A stretch of DNA of 64,000 bases from an uncultured cyanobacterium (GCA_963718615.1 OY970368.1:3232001-3296000); one strand, 5' to 3'. Shown: positions 40,391-50,528, counted from the stretch's first letter. The notes: generated from the letters alone by a model not told the origin. A program made the numbers and translations.

Positions 40391-40776
40391 GTACAGTCAA
40401 GACACTCCACGAAGAAGCCATGGACTTAGCGGAGTTGGCGGATGTGGCCAAGCTACGGGGTGAACTGGGACGGTGTCGTGAACTGCTGGTGCAGGCGTTG
40501 GAGAAGGCAATTGCGGCGGCGGATGAGATCGCGCCGAAGACAGATGCTGAGCCAACTCGCTCGATTATTCATCGCAGTGCAGCGTCGTTGGCCGTAGAGG
40601 TGGGTCAGGTGAAGGAGGCGGAACGGTTGTTGGCGGTAGCGTTGGCGGGTGATCCGCCTGCTGAGGTTGCGGAGGAGTTGAGGGATTTGTTTGTGCAGAT
40701 CAATTTGCCCTCTTATTTTGAGCGGCGGGGGTTATTGCTGGATATGGAGCGTTGGGAGTTATCGAAGGCGGGGTAA
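40387..40776 (+). CDS. All-helical (TPR-like) hypothetical protein
   Basis: LHEEAMDLAE, EPTRSIIHRSAASLA, PPAEVAEELRDL. Confidence 0.75.
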   Translation: MSTVKTLHEEAMDLAELADVAKLRGELGRCRELLVQALEKAIAAADEIAPKTDAEPTRSIIHRSAASLAVEVGQVKEAERLLAVALAGDPPAEVAEELRDLFVQINLPSYFERRGLLLDMERWELSKAG

Positions 40777-40930
40777 GCGCTATGGCTTTTAGCGGCTTGG
40801 GCAGCGGCAGCGGAGACACCGGAGGTTTTCGTCAGAGTCTCGGGCTCTTGCTTAGGACTATTGCTTGACGCTCTCCCCCCAACTTTGACGGGTATGGTCG
40901 GAGATTCCTGTTTCAAAGGACATAATTAAT

Positions 40931-41020
40931 TCAAAAATTTTAAAAAAGGCGCTTCGCGCCAGGGAGGAAAGAGGGAAAAGACTGAAGGGTAGAGGGTAAA
41001 AGATTAAGAAGTATAAAGGG
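40931..41020 (-). other. DGR-target-type 3' element: pyrimidine tract plus GGCGC-GAA-GCGCC hairpin
   Basis: Directly after the FGE-domain stop codon; GC stem with a GAA triloop at 40948-40960. Confidence 0.65.
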
Positions 41021-42946
41021 TTACGTCCTCGGCGGCAAGCAGGCGACGCGGAACCCGCTGAAGCGGTTGAGGCGGCCGCGATCGAGCCAGTCGCGATTGG
41101 CGGAGCGGCAGTTCCTAGGACCGCGCATCCAGGAGCCCCCCCGCAGGAGCCGGAGTGATTGCTCACCCTTTTGTAAACTTTTCCATGCACTTCCATCTGT
41201 CGGTGCCCCCTCGTAGCTGTCGTGCCACTCGTCCTCGCACCATTCCCACACATTCCCATGCATGTCATACAGCCCAAAGGCGTTGGGTGGAAAGCTGCCA
41301 ACATCAGTCGTTTGTTCTCGATACTTCCCCTTGCTTCCCTTGCCGTAGGTAGAGTTGCCGTTGTAATTCACCAGGTCTGGCGTAATCGTTTCTCCAAAAT
41401 AAAACGGCGTTGTCGTCCCTGCCCGACAGGCATACTCCCACTCCGCTTCGCTCGGTAACCGATAGGTTTTGCCCGTCGCCTTGCTCAGCCGCGCACAAAA
41501 CTCCTGGGCATCGTCCCAACTAATGCACTCAATGGGGCGTTTGGGTCCTTTAAAATTCGCCGGGTCTGGCTCCAGATCTCGCTGCACCTTCGGCAGGGCT
41601 GCAACCCGCTTCCACTGTTCCTGAGTGACCGCAAACTTGCCGAAGAAAAACTCTGGCACTCTGACCCGATGCTGTTGCTCAACATTGACATTGCCTAGCG
41701 CTTCTCGCCAGTTCTTATACCAATCTCGCCCTTCTTCGTTTTCCGGCGATCCCATCACAAACTCCCCACCTGGAATCCGCACCATCTCCAGCACAACGCC
41801 ATTGCCCAGGTCTTCGACAAACTGCTCCGCCGACCGGGTCTCGCGCTGGCTGATCTTGCCCCGCTCATCCACCTGCACCGTCTCAAACTCAAACCGGATG
41901 AGGTTGAGGCCGTTGGCTGGGGGCTGGACGAACGGCGGTTCGTCCCTACGGGGGGTGGGGGATGATCGGGATCCTTGGGGGATTGGCTGGGGCTTCGGTG
42001 GGTCAGGTCGGGTGCCACTGCCTCTGGCCCGCAACTCTGGCAATTGCTGCAATGCCCGGATTGCCTCCATATCCCGCCCCTGGGCCACCACCAACACCCG
42101 AATCCAAATCTGCTCCGCTAGGTCCCAGTCTCCCTGAAACATCATCCGGTACGCATCGTTCTTGAGCACCGCAATATCCGTCAACGTCGCACAGCGCGGC
42201 TGCAAAATAAAATGCAGCTTCTCCGCCGGATCCGCCGCCGTCCGAGGCATTTGTTCCGGAAACTTGCCGTGCTGCCGACACAGCCCCGGCACCCGATCGC
42301 GCAAATACTGGCCCAACCGCTCCACCGTCGCACAATTGCGCTCCCCATTCAGCCGCAACGCCTCCAGCAAGCTATAGGTAAACGCCCCATGCTCCAACGC
42401 CTCAATCTCCCAAGACTTCTGCGTCGGTCCACAGGACGAAATCGTAATAATCCCCGGCTGCGCCTCCGCCCCAACGCCACCCCCATCCCTCGCCCCCTCC
42501 GTCCGGCAGGCATCCAAGAGCAAAATCACATTGTCCGCCCCACAGCGACAGAGCCGCTCCCGGATATAGTTCACCGGAATGGCCGTGCGGTCGATCACTC
42601 TCGGATTCGCATCTTGAGGCATCAAAAAATCCTGATTCTGATGCTGCCCCCCATGGCCCGCAAAGAAAAACCAACAGTTATCCCCCTTCTCCAGAAAAGG
42701 ACTAGCAAACCGATCCTCCAGCAACGAAATTAGATTTCCCACCGTCGGGCGAGTCGAAAGCTCGTTCCCATTGGGCAACACCTGGGACGGAGAATCATCC
42801 GTAAACAGCCACACCCCCTCAAACCCCGCCTCCTGGGCAAAAAAATCCCGCACCGCCTCCGCATCCCGCTTGGCATAGCGCAGCGGCGGGAAGTTCGTCG
42901 GTACATAATCATTGATGCCAATGACAAAGGCCCAATTGCGTGACAT
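41021..42946 (-). CDS. Caspase-like (C14) peptidase fused to a C-terminal FGE-sulfatase/CLec domain; putative DGR target
   Basis: [14 protein letters not shown] and LDACR (His/Cys dyad); [39 protein letters not shown]. Confidence 0.92.
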   Translation of the reverse strand: MSRNWAFVIGINDYVPTNFPPLRYAKRDAEAVRDFFAQEAGFEGVWLFTDDSPSQVLPNGNELSTRPTVGNLISLLEDRFASPFLEKGDNCWFFFAGHGGQHQNQDFLMPQDANPRVIDRTAIPVNYIRERLCRCGADNVILLLDACRTEGARDGGGVGAEAQPGIITISSCGPTQKSWEIEALEHGAFTYSLLEALRLNGERNCATVERLGQYLRDRVPGLCRQHGKFPEQMPRTAADPAEKLHFILQPRCATLTDIAVLKNDAYRMMFQGDWDLAEQIWIRVLVVAQGRDMEAIRALQQLPELRARGSGTRPDPPKPQPIPQGSRSSPTPRRDEPPFVQPPANGLNLIRFEFETVQVDERGKISQRETRSAEQFVEDLGNGVVLEMVRIPGGEFVMGSPENEEGRDWYKNWREALGNVNVEQQHRVRVPEFFFGKFAVTQEQWKRVAALPKVQRDLEPDPANFKGPKRPIECISWDDAQEFCARLSKATGKTYRLPSEAEWEYACRAGTTTPFYFGETITPDLVNYNGNSTYGKGSKGKYREQTTDVGSFPPNAFGLYDMHGNVWEWCEDEWHDSYEGAPTDGSAWKSLQKGEQSLRLLRGGSWMRGPRNCRSANRDWLDRGRLNRFSGFRVACLPPRT

Positions 42947-42976
42947 GGATTTGATGCGGTGACAGGTTTCCGGCAA

Positions 42977-43008
42977 CCGTAGGGACGAACAGCTGTTCGT
43001 CCCTACGG
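42977..43008. repeat. Perfect 32-bp palindrome, GTAG-type REP
   Basis: CCGTAGGGACGAACAG|CTGTTCGTCCCTACGG. Confidence 0.85.
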
Positions 43009-43434
43009 GGATTCTGGGGATAATGGTGGACTGGCTTTCTTAAATTTCAGCGTCATCGCTCCTTTTCCGCCCGTTTTGATCCCAGACCCCATCAAACTCA
43101 CCTGACCCTCCCCATTCACCTCCACCGTCAGCTCGATCGCCTCCAACTCCATCCCCGCCACATCCCCTGCACTCTCCAGCGCATGGCGCAACACCCGCCC
43201 CGTCACCTGCAAAAAATCCGTCAGCCCCTGCTCCAATTTTTCCGCACTCACTGCCACCCGCCGGGGCTCCGCAGTGGTTACGATGCCGCCGTCCTTGGAC
43301 GTGCGCTGGGGCGTGCGCTGGGGCAAGGTCTCGTAGGGACTAGACCCCAGATTCCAGTCTCGACTGCCCTCAGAATATTGAGCGTCAGCCACCGTGACTT
43401 CGTCGGTGATGAGCCAAATGTAATCGTTTGTCAT
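43003..43434 (-). CDS. Pepco/Trypco-type peptidase co-occurring domain protein
   Basis: IWLIT start; [50 protein letters not shown]; lies immediately upstream of the caspase gene. Confidence 0.7.
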   Translation of the reverse strand: MTNDYIWLITDEVTVADAQYSEGSRDWNLGSSPYETLPQRTPQRTSKDGGIVTTAEPRRVAVSAEKLEQGLTDFLQVTGRVLRHALESAGDVAGMELEAIELTVEVNGEGQVSLMGSGIKTGGKGAMTLKFKKASPPLSPESP

Positions 43435-43490
43435 CTTGCAAAGGAGAGATTTCCGTGATTCTCACGACCCATTGTAGACGGGGGACGATG

Positions 43491-43520
43491 GTAGACGGAG
43501 GGCGATCGCCCCTCCCCTAA
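43491..43520 (+). repeat. Degenerate GTAG REP-like hairpin
   Basis: GTAGACGGAGGGCGATCGCCCCTCCCCTA, with a partial copy at 43474. Confidence 0.45.
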
Positions 43521-44383
43521 TCCGGCGGTGGCAACTCCAGCGGAATCTTGCCCAACAACCCCTTGCGAAAATCATCGAGAAAATGACGGGCGGTGCGTTC
43601 GCGATCGCCACTAAACCGTGCTTCCGCCACCGCAAACAAATAGTCCTCGCCCGTATGAACCCATTCATCGACGCCGTAGCGATCGCACAACAAACTCCGA
43701 GGCACAGGGGGGCGATCGAGATCCTGCAAGGCTTTGACCTGCTCGATCAGCTCAGCGGCAACCCGCTGGTTATCGTAGGCGGCTTGGCCAATGTCATCGC
43801 AGAGGGCCAGCTTAATCGCAGCGGCTTGGTCGTTGAGTTTGGCCGGGAGGACGCCAGGGGCATCGAGTAGATCTAGGTCTTTGCCCACCCGCACCCAGCG
43901 CAGCGCGCGGGTCACCCCCGGTTTTCGGGCACTTTCAACGGCGCGTTTGTCCACGAGGCGATTGATCAACGCCGACTTACCCACATTGGGAAAGCCAATC
44001 ATCACCGCCCGCACCGCCCGAGGCTTCATCCCCCGCTTCCGCCGCCGTTCGTTCATGGCAAAGCCTGCCTCCTGGGCGGCCTTGGCCAGTTCCCGGATGC
44101 CTTTGCCATGCTGGGCATCGGTAAAGCAAACGGGTTTGCCCTGGGCCGCAAACCAGGCGTGCCATTGGTCTTGGAGCTGTTGGGGAATCATGTCCACCCG
44201 ATTGAGGACCAGGACGCGTTCTTTGCTCCCGACCCATTCTTCAACGCGGGGATGGTGAGTGGCGAAGGGAATCCGGGCATCGCGCACCTCCAAGACCACG
44301 TCAACGCGCTTGAGTTGGTCGAGGAGGAGGCGTTCGGCCTTGGCAATGTGACCGGGATACCATTGAATCGAAGGGGTGGACAT
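43517..44383 (-). CDS. ylqF: Ribosome biogenesis GTPase YlqF/RbgA
   Basis: IQWYPGHIAK, EVRDARIP, GFPNVGKS, PGVTR, LLDAPG. Confidence 0.95.
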   Translation of the reverse strand: MSTPSIQWYPGHIAKAERLLLDQLKRVDVVLEVRDARIPFATHHPRVEEWVGSKERVLVLNRVDMIPQQLQDQWHAWFAAQGKPVCFTDAQHGKGIRELAKAAQEAGFAMNERRRKRGMKPRAVRAVMIGFPNVGKSALINRLVDKRAVESARKPGVTRALRWVRVGKDLDLLDAPGVLPAKLNDQAAAIKLALCDDIGQAAYDNQRVAAELIEQVKALQDLDRPPVPRSLLCDRYGVDEWVHTGEDYLFAVAEARFSGDRERTARHFLDDFRKGLLGKIPLELPPPD

Positions 44384-44432
44384 GAAGGCTGGGAAGATAG
44401 AGGCTGAAGCAGTGATCCATTAGGCATTATCC

Positions 44433-45023
44433 ATGCAAACACCGGGACATGTGATTTTGAATTTGGGGGTTTTAGGACGGCGATCGCATCCCCAGTGGAA
44501 CTGGCCCATTGCCATCGGGGCATTTTTGCCGGATGCAGCGATGTTTGGGTTTTATTTTTGGACGAAGGTTGTGCAGGGATTGCCTGACGGAGAGATCTGG
44601 AGAACCACCTATTTTTTACCAGGTTGGCAGGCTCTATTTGATGTGTTTAATTCGATTCCATTGGCATTGGTTGGGACAGGCATTGGGCTGTATTTTCGCA
44701 AGCAGGCGATCGCCCTGTTTTTCTTCAGCATTGTCCTCCACTGTCTTTGCGATTTGCCGCTGCACCATGATGATGCCCATCGACATTTTTTACCGTTGAG
44801 TCAGTTTCGGTTTGTGAGTCCGGTGTCCTATTGGGATCCGGACCATTATGGGCTTTGGGGCGCGGGGCTGGAGGCGATTTTGGTTGTGGCTGCAAGTGTG
44901 GTGTTGTGGCGGTGCTGGCGATCGCGCTGGATAAGGGGGGTTTTGGGGGCGATCGGGCTGCTTTATGTTGTCCATTATGGGGTGCTGTTGGGACAGACTT
45001 TTTCACCCATGCATGTTGGATAG
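44433..45023 (+). CDS. Putative membrane-bound metal-dependent hydrolase
   Basis: TPGH, GAFLPD, LHCLCDLPLHHDDAHRHF, SPVSYWD. Confidence 0.75.
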   Translation: MQTPGHVILNLGVLGRRSHPQWNWPIAIGAFLPDAAMFGFYFWTKVVQGLPDGEIWRTTYFLPGWQALFDVFNSIPLALVGTGIGLYFRKQAIALFFFSIVLHCLCDLPLHHDDAHRHFLPLSQFRFVSPVSYWDPDHYGLWGAGLEAILVVAASVVLWRCWRSRWIRGVLGAIGLLYVVHYGVLLGQTFSPMHVG

Positions 45024-45037
45024 GTTCTACAAATGTT

Positions 45038-45065
45038 GTATTGGGCGCGGGATTCGCGCCCCTAG
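45038..45065 (-). repeat. REP flanking the RAYT gene (downstream copy)
   Basis: TTGGGCGCGGGATTCGCGCCCCTA, identical to the copy within 45711-45738. Confidence 0.8.
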
Positions 45066-45103
45066 TGTTTTTCTGATATCAATGACCCAATGATCTGCCA
45101 GTG

Positions 45104-45625
45104 TCACCATTTGGATGGATTTTGGGGATGCAATTGGTCGATTGTCCAGCGCAGAGGGTTTTCCTGGATGTAGCTTTGTAACTTCTGACGCGAGGAGTTG
45201 TCTCGAATGATGTGTTCGTAATAGTTTCGCTGCCAAACTTTGATGCCTGGGGTATTGCGCTGCACGTTAATTTGCTTTGTGGTTTCGTATTTAAATGTTT
45301 GGATCAGTTGCCCTAATGTCGCTCGCTTCTGGAAAGAATTGCACTGGTCGGAAGGTAGAATATCCAGAATGAAATGAATGTGGTTTGGCATGATGATATA
45401 GGATGCGATCGCCACTCCCTCATTACCTGCCGCGAAATGCTCTAACTGCTTTTCTACCAAAACACCAAATTGGCTGAGCTGAACAGTTGCTCCCAAAACC
45501 TTACCGAATAAACATTCACGATGTTGAACACAAATAGTCACAAAATAGGAGCCGGGTTGACGGTAATTATACCCGCGCAAACGGATCGATCTGCGGTGAT
45601 GTCGTGCTGGGTCGTAACGTTCCAT
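45104..45625 (-). CDS. REP-associated tyrosine transposase (RAYT/TnpA-REP, HUH Y1)
   Basis: HHRRSIRLRGYNY, YFVTIC, IMPNHIH, WQRNYYEHIIR, YIQENP. Confidence 0.92.
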   Translation of the reverse strand: MERYDPARHHRRSIRLRGYNYRQPGSYFVTICVQHRECLFGKVLGATVQLSQFGVLVEKQLEHFAAGNEGVAIASYIIMPNHIHFILDILPSDQCNSFQKRATLGQLIQTFKYETTKQINVQRNTPGIKVWQRNYYEHIIRDNSSRQKLQSYIQENPLRWTIDQLHPQNPSKW

Positions 45626-45710
45626 CAAAATCATTGACCAAAACCCCATAGGTTCAGAATGCCCATTTTTCACCTAAACCCAAAATCTCCAGGGAGGCAT
45701 CACAAATCCT

Positions 45711-45796
45711 GCATTGGGCGCGGGATTCGCGCCCCTACCGAAAATCCATGGATTCCGCCCAAAACGATTAGGGTAGGGGTCGGCATTCCCGACCCT
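45711..45796. repeat. Pair of oppositely oriented GTAG REPs upstream of the RAYT gene
   Basis: Minus strand GTAGGGGCGCGAATCCCGCGCCC (from 45738); plus strand GTAGGGGTCGGCATTCCCGACCC (from 45773). Confidence 0.8.
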
Positions 45797-45970
45797 CAGG
45801 GGTCTAGGGCGCTTCACAAATTTGGTATTGGCGATGGGTGCGATCGCTAATGTATCGCAATATTGCGCAGTGTTTCGCTCTGCTTCAGGAACCGAGGGAG
45901 ATTCAAAGAGATCGCTAGGATCGGAGCATTGCTTAAATTTCATTCCAATTCCGCTAGAAAAACGCCGCTT

Positions 45971-46435
45971 ATGAGTTCTGCGATCGCCTATCCCAACGCC
46001 TCCGACCTCTCCACCGACAGCTATCTGCCCGTGGGCCTCGCCCTTTGCTTTACCAAGGAAGAAGGCGAAGTCAAGCAAGTTCAGGTGCTAGAACCGATTC
46101 CCTCTTCCACCCTAGCGACGCTTTTAGCCGGGACAACCACATCCTATCAAAAGGTCTTTGGCCTCACCCTCGGCGAGCTGTTAGAGGGTGAGCAAGTCAA
46201 ACCGCGCCCCGAATTCCCCGCCGAAGCCATGCTGGCCGAAAACTTTGCCTTCCGCGCCATCAGCGCCGCCCGCACCTACCAGCGCAACCCCGAATTCGCC
46301 ACCCAAATTCCCCCTGGCACCACCTACGATCGCCTCAACCATTCCACCGAGCGCAAGCGGGTGCTGAATGCAGACAACATCGTCGGCCAGGACGACAACG
46401 TCAAACAACATGCCTACACCCATCAGGTGTTATAA
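45971..46435 (+). CDS. Conserved cyanobacterial hypothetical protein
   Basis: GLALCFTKEEGE..VLEPIPS, ARTY, NHSTERKRVLN..DNVKQHAYTH. Confidence 0.8.
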   Translation: MSSAIAYPNASDLSTDSYLPVGLALCFTKEEGEVKQVQVLEPIPSSTLATLLAGTTTSYQKVFGLTLGELLEGEQVKPRPEFPAEAMLAENFAFRAISAARTYQRNPEFATQIPPGTTYDRLNHSTERKRVLNADNIVGQDDNVKQHAYTHQVL

Positions 46436-47773
46436 CAACCGCAATTGGGTTTGCGCCGGGGGGTCGGTGATATAGGGGGCGGCGGGTTCGCGGAGGCGAT
46501 CGCCCCACTCCTCCGACTCCTCCACCTCCCACGCTTCCCCCTCAATCAACGCTTCCGCCGCCGCCAGCAAATCGGTTTCTCTGGCTTGCAGATCGTCTCG
46601 ATGCTGAATAAACGTCTTCAAGGCTTCCAGGGGATTGAGGCCGCTATCGGCATTGAGTTCCGGCAATCGGGGTCTGGCCAGTTGGCTGGTTAACTCGGCT
46701 TGAATGGTATACTGGTGGGCGATCTGTAGGGCCTCGTGAAGAGCTTTATCGTCGATGAGTGCCAGTTGCTCCGGCTTCACTTGGTAGAGCAACCGCACGA
46801 TCGCTTCGGGGATCTCGTGGCGGGCGATCGCTTTCATCAACGCGGCCTGGGGATCCTTTGCCTTTTCCAAATTAACCCGAATGGTCTTAAAGGGTCGCAC
46901 GGGCAGCGCCTGAAACTGAAATGTCGCCTTTCCCCGTTCTAAATTGACCCAAACAAAGCCTTTTTCTTCCTTTTCCTCACTAAAATCCACCCGCTCAATA
47001 CTGCCGGGATACACCACGGGCGGCGATTCGCACAGAACCTGATGGCGATGAACATGACCAAGGGCAACGTAGTCCAGACAATCCCGCGTGAGCAGCGACA
47101 TCGGCAATGTAAAGCCCTTCCCTACAGCGAGAAAGCGTTCGGCTCCGTACATGGCAGTGTCGAGCATGGCGTGGGCTAGGAGAACGCTGGGGAGGGCTGG
47201 GTTGAGTTGGCGCAGTTCTCCCTCTAGGGCAATTCGGAGGCGATCGCGCAGGCGATCGCTCACTTCCGCCAGGGATAGTCCTTCCGTTTCCGGGCGCGTC
47301 AGCAGGGTCGATCGGGTCAGCCAGGGCAGCGTAATGATCTGAACCGGGCCATTACGGGTTTCAATGCAATGAGTTGCCAAAGCATCTCCGACGATCACCC
47401 CCGGCACCGCCAAGGTCCGGTAAATCGCTAAACTCGCACCGCCTTGGCCCTGGGAATATTGGTCATGGTTACCCACGAGCAACACCACTGGAATCTCTGC
47501 ATCCACCAGCCGCCGAAACTGACCGGCAAAGGCTTCTTGGATATAGGGCGCGGGCGTGGCATCGGGAAAGGCATCGCCTCCAAAGAGGACTAAATCGACG
47601 GGCTCACCCGAGCCTGATTCTGAGGGTCTAAGGCCCAAGGCATAGTCGATGCAGTGACTCAAGGCCGCGACAAAGTCTTCAAATCGAGTATTCAAACCCG
47701 TTTCCGGATTGATGTGACCCTGGGCAAAGCCGCTGCCGAGATGGATATCGGAGAGGTGCAGAAGTTTAATCAT
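46430..47773 (-). CDS. sbcD: Exonuclease SbcCD subunit D
   Basis: SDIHLG, GGDAF, GNHD, LGHVH, YPGSIERVDFSE. Confidence 0.93.
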   Translation of the reverse strand: MIKLLHLSDIHLGSGFAQGHINPETGLNTRFEDFVAALSHCIDYALGLRPSESGSGEPVDLVLFGGDAFPDATPAPYIQEAFAGQFRRLVDAEIPVVLLVGNHDQYSQGQGGASLAIYRTLAVPGVIVGDALATHCIETRNGPVQIITLPWLTRSTLLTRPETEGLSLAEVSDRLRDRLRIALEGELRQLNPALPSVLLAHAMLDTAMYGAERFLAVGKGFTLPMSLLTRDCLDYVALGHVHRHQVLCESPPVVYPGSIERVDFSEEKEEKGFVWVNLERGKATFQFQALPVRPFKTIRVNLEKAKDPQAALMKAIARHEIPEAIVRLLYQVKPEQLALIDDKALHEALQIAHQYTIQAELTSQLARPRLPELNADSGLNPLEALKTFIQHRDDLQARETDLLAAAEALIEGEAWEVEESEEWGDRLREPAAPYITDPPAQTQLRLL

Positions 47774-48383
47774 GGCGGAGCGAGTGCGGTTCTCGATAGA
47801 CGCCGTAGGCCGAGAACATTCCTAACAAAAAGCCAAACAAATGGCCCCACCAAGCGACCCCCATTTGCACCGGCAAAACGCCCCAGAGAAAATAGCTGTA
47901 GTTGAGCAAGACCACAACCGAAAGCATCAGCGGAATAAAGCGCCGCTCCAGGCAACCAATCACCAACAAATAGCCAAACAACGTATAAACGACCCCGCTC
48001 AAGCCATGGGCACTTTGTGGCCCCAGCAACCAATTGGCAAATCCGCCGCCAATCCAACCGATTAGAACTGTGGTCCAATAATCCTTCCGGCTTTTGGCTA
48101 AAATCAGCCAGCTAAACAGGGCAAACCCGATACTATTGCCAATCAGGTGGGCAAAATTGGCATGGGAAAAAGCCGAGAGCAGAATCCCTGGAATGCCATC
48201 CAAACTGCGCGGATGCACAGGCAAATTCCAGCGCCCGCGAAAGACAACCTGGTCGATCATTTCCTGCGCCCAGGGAATCGCTAAGATTTGCAACGGCAGA
48301 AAAAAGTTTTGCTTCACCCGCGTAATGGCGCTGGGCTGTGGTTTGGGAGAATGGGAGATTGTGTGAAAGTCGTCGGTGGTCAT
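47766..48383 (-). CDS. Rhomboid intramembrane protease
   Basis: HANFAHLIGN, GLSG, WWGHLFG. Confidence 0.9.
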   Translation of the reverse strand: MTTDDFHTISHSPKPQPSAITRVKQNFFLPLQILAIPWAQEMIDQVVFRGRWNLPVHPRSLDGIPGILLSAFSHANFAHLIGNSIGFALFSWLILAKSRKDYWTTVLIGWIGGGFANWLLGPQSAHGLSGVVYTLFGYLLVIGCLERRFIPLMLSVVVLLNYSYFLWGVLPVQMGVAWWGHLFGFLLGMFSAYGVYREPHSLRHD

Positions 48384-48431
48384 GGACGGTCTGTGCGGAG
48401 TGAGTCACCAGCTCCAGCGTAGCTTTTCTGC

Positions 48432-48803
48432 CTAGGAATTGCCCACTGCTCCCCCGCCGATGGCAGCCTGAATCTGTTCACGCCATAGGGCCGCATCGGA
48501 GAGCGCCAGACCCACTCGCTTGTAGTAGTGGTCCTTGAGGTCAATCAAAAGGGTGTTGGGTTCTCGGGTGGTGTACCAAAACTCTCGGCCTCGCTCGGTG
48601 TAGTAGGTGCCTGCCTTGATGAGGCCGGGAACAAAGGTGCCGGGGGCTCGGATTTCTCGCCAGGTGGTGATGGGGCGATCGCCCGATACCCGCAGGATTT
48701 GGCTCAGGGGCAGGGCGATCGCAGGGCTGAGATGGCAACTCCACAGGCGTTCGGGGCCGGTGAGCTGGATTTCGAGGATTTCGGGATAAAGGATGAGGTT
48801 CAT
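48432..48803 (-). CDS. Hypothetical protein (PH-like)
   Basis: IRAPGTFVPGLIKAGTYY..REFW motif. Confidence 0.75.
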   Translation of the reverse strand: MNLILYPEILEIQLTGPERLWSCHLSPAIALPLSQILRVSGDRPITTWREIRAPGTFVPGLIKAGTYYTERGREFWYTTREPNTLLIDLKDHYYKRVGLALSDAALWREQIQAAIGGGAVGNS

Positions 48804-48857
48804 CGGAATTCAGATAATGGCTGATTCAGGGGCTATAGAAATGTTCTATGGACTGTT

Positions 48858-49532
48858 CTAAAGTTGCTCAGGATCAACACCTAACGCTCGCAGCTTCTCC
48901 GCCAGCCGTAGCGCCCGCGCTTCTGCGGCCTCCGCCCGTTCCTGAGCTTTTGCGGCTAACGCTGCAATTTCCTCGTAGGTCATAAAGGGTTCTCCCGTCG
49001 ACCGGTACAACACAAGATTTCCGACTTCATTTTGCTCAAATCGAATGCCTAGTGCTGGACTAACCCACCCCTGCACGTCAGGAATGTGCTCCAAATAGTT
49101 GCCTTGCCGTACAAAGCCGCCCAGCACCTGTTGTTCTGGATCATAGAGGTAATATTCGTTGATCCCATAGCGTTCATAAAACTGAAATTTTCGATTCATT
49201 TCAATCACCGTATTACCAGGGGAAATGATCTCAAAAACCACTTGAGGGACAACGCCATCCTCTCGGTGCTGAATATAGCTGCTGCGATGCCCCTTTGGTC
49301 TCCCTAAAACAACCATCACATCAGGCGCTTGACGGATTTTGTTGTTACCTTCAACCGGATACCACAACAGGTCACCAGCCACAAAAACCTGTTCATTTGC
49401 CTCGAATAGTAAGTCAAGTCCCTTTTTGATGTAAACAATCCATTCAAACTGTTTGGTATTGTCTGCCATGGGCTGACCATCACTCGCTGGATATTCAATT
49501 TCGGCGGTTGTCTGGCGGAGTTCGCTAACCAT
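48858..49532 (-). CDS. Uma2 (DUF820) protein with coiled-coil tail
   Basis: YPASDGQPMADNT, APDVMV, VVFEIISP, EYYLYDP, LAEKLRALGVDP. Confidence 0.93.
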   Translation of the reverse strand: MVSELRQTTAEIEYPASDGQPMADNTKQFEWIVYIKKGLDLLFEANEQVFVAGDLLWYPVEGNNKIRQAPDVMVVLGRPKGHRSSYIQHREDGVVPQVVFEIISPGNTVIEMNRKFQFYERYGINEYYLYDPEQQVLGGFVRQGNYLEHIPDVQGWVSPALGIRFEQNEVGNLVLYRSTGEPFMTYEEIAALAAKAQERAEAAEARALRLAEKLRALGVDPEQL

Positions 49533-49721
49533 GGGACTCTCCAACGCTTAAGACTGGCTTTTGGCCTGCTTCCATCTTGCCCCAGAAACCGAATTTTTCC
49601 GAGGCGATCGCCCGTTGCTTCCGGATCTCCCGTAGGATATGGAAAATCTGCACGCTAAACGTCTCCCCAGATCTCAGTTTTTAGCCCATCCTCCCTTGTC
49701 GAAAGAATCCCTTGTCAAAAG

Positions 49722-50528
49722 ATGCTGAATCAACTCCTGGCTAACCCCTGGCTGATCGCCCTTCTGCTCAACACCGTCCTACTCCTCCCCGCGCTGCTTG
49801 CGCCCAAAAAGCTGCTGACGCCCTTGGGCGTTGCCCATGCCTGGGTTTTAGGCGTCACCCTCTGGGGCACGTTGGGCTGGCGTGGTTACGCGGTGGTGAT
49901 GTTTTATTTTTTAGTGGGGTCCGCCGTAACTCGCATTGGCATCGCTGAGAAAGAAGCCGCAGGCATTGCGGAAAAACGGGGCGGGGCGCGCGGCCCGGAG
50001 AACGTTTGGGGGTCCGCTGCGGTGGCCATTCTCTGCGCTGTGGGGGCGGGTTTTTTGGCCCCTCGGATAGATTCGGACGCCTCGGACGCCATGGTTTTGG
50101 CCTATCGACTGCTGGTCCTGGGCTATGTGGCCAGTTTCGCCACCAAACTCTCCGATACCACCGCCAGCGAAGTGGGCAAAGCCTACGGCAAACGCACCTT
50201 TTTGATTACAACATTGCAACCTGTGGCCCGTGGCACGGAGGGAGCCGTGAGTTTGGAGGGGACCTTAGCGGGACTGGGGGCTTCGATTGTAATTGCGGCA
50301 TTGGCTTGGCGTTTGGGCTTAATTTCCGTGGGGGGAATTGGGATTTGTGCGATCGCCGCCTTCATCGCCACCAACCTCGAAAGCGTCATCGGGGCCACGC
50401 TCCAGAATCGTCTAGACTGGCTCTCCAATGAATGGGTCAATGTGATTAATACATTAATTGGGGCGGGGGTGGCGATCGCCCTAGGAATAGTTCTCAGCAA
50501 CGTTCTCGGCAACTCGGGAAATCTATGA
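49722..50528 (+). CDS. DUF92/TIGR00297 membrane protein (VTE6-like)
   Basis: GARGPENVWGS, KLSDTTASEVG, GTEGAVSLEGT, ESVIGATLQ. Confidence 0.9.
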   Translation: MLNQLLANPWLIALLLNTVLLLPALLAPKKLLTPLGVAHAWVLGVTLWGTLGWRGYAVVMFYFLVGSAVTRIGIAEKEAAGIAEKRGGARGPENVWGSAAVAILCAVGAGFLAPRIDSDASDAMVLAYRLLVLGYVASFATKLSDTTASEVGKAYGKRTFLITTLQPVARGTEGAVSLEGTLAGLGASIVIAALAWRLGLISVGGIGICAIAAFIATNLESVIGATLQNRLDWLSNEWVNVINTLIGAGVAIALGIVLSNVLGNSGNL

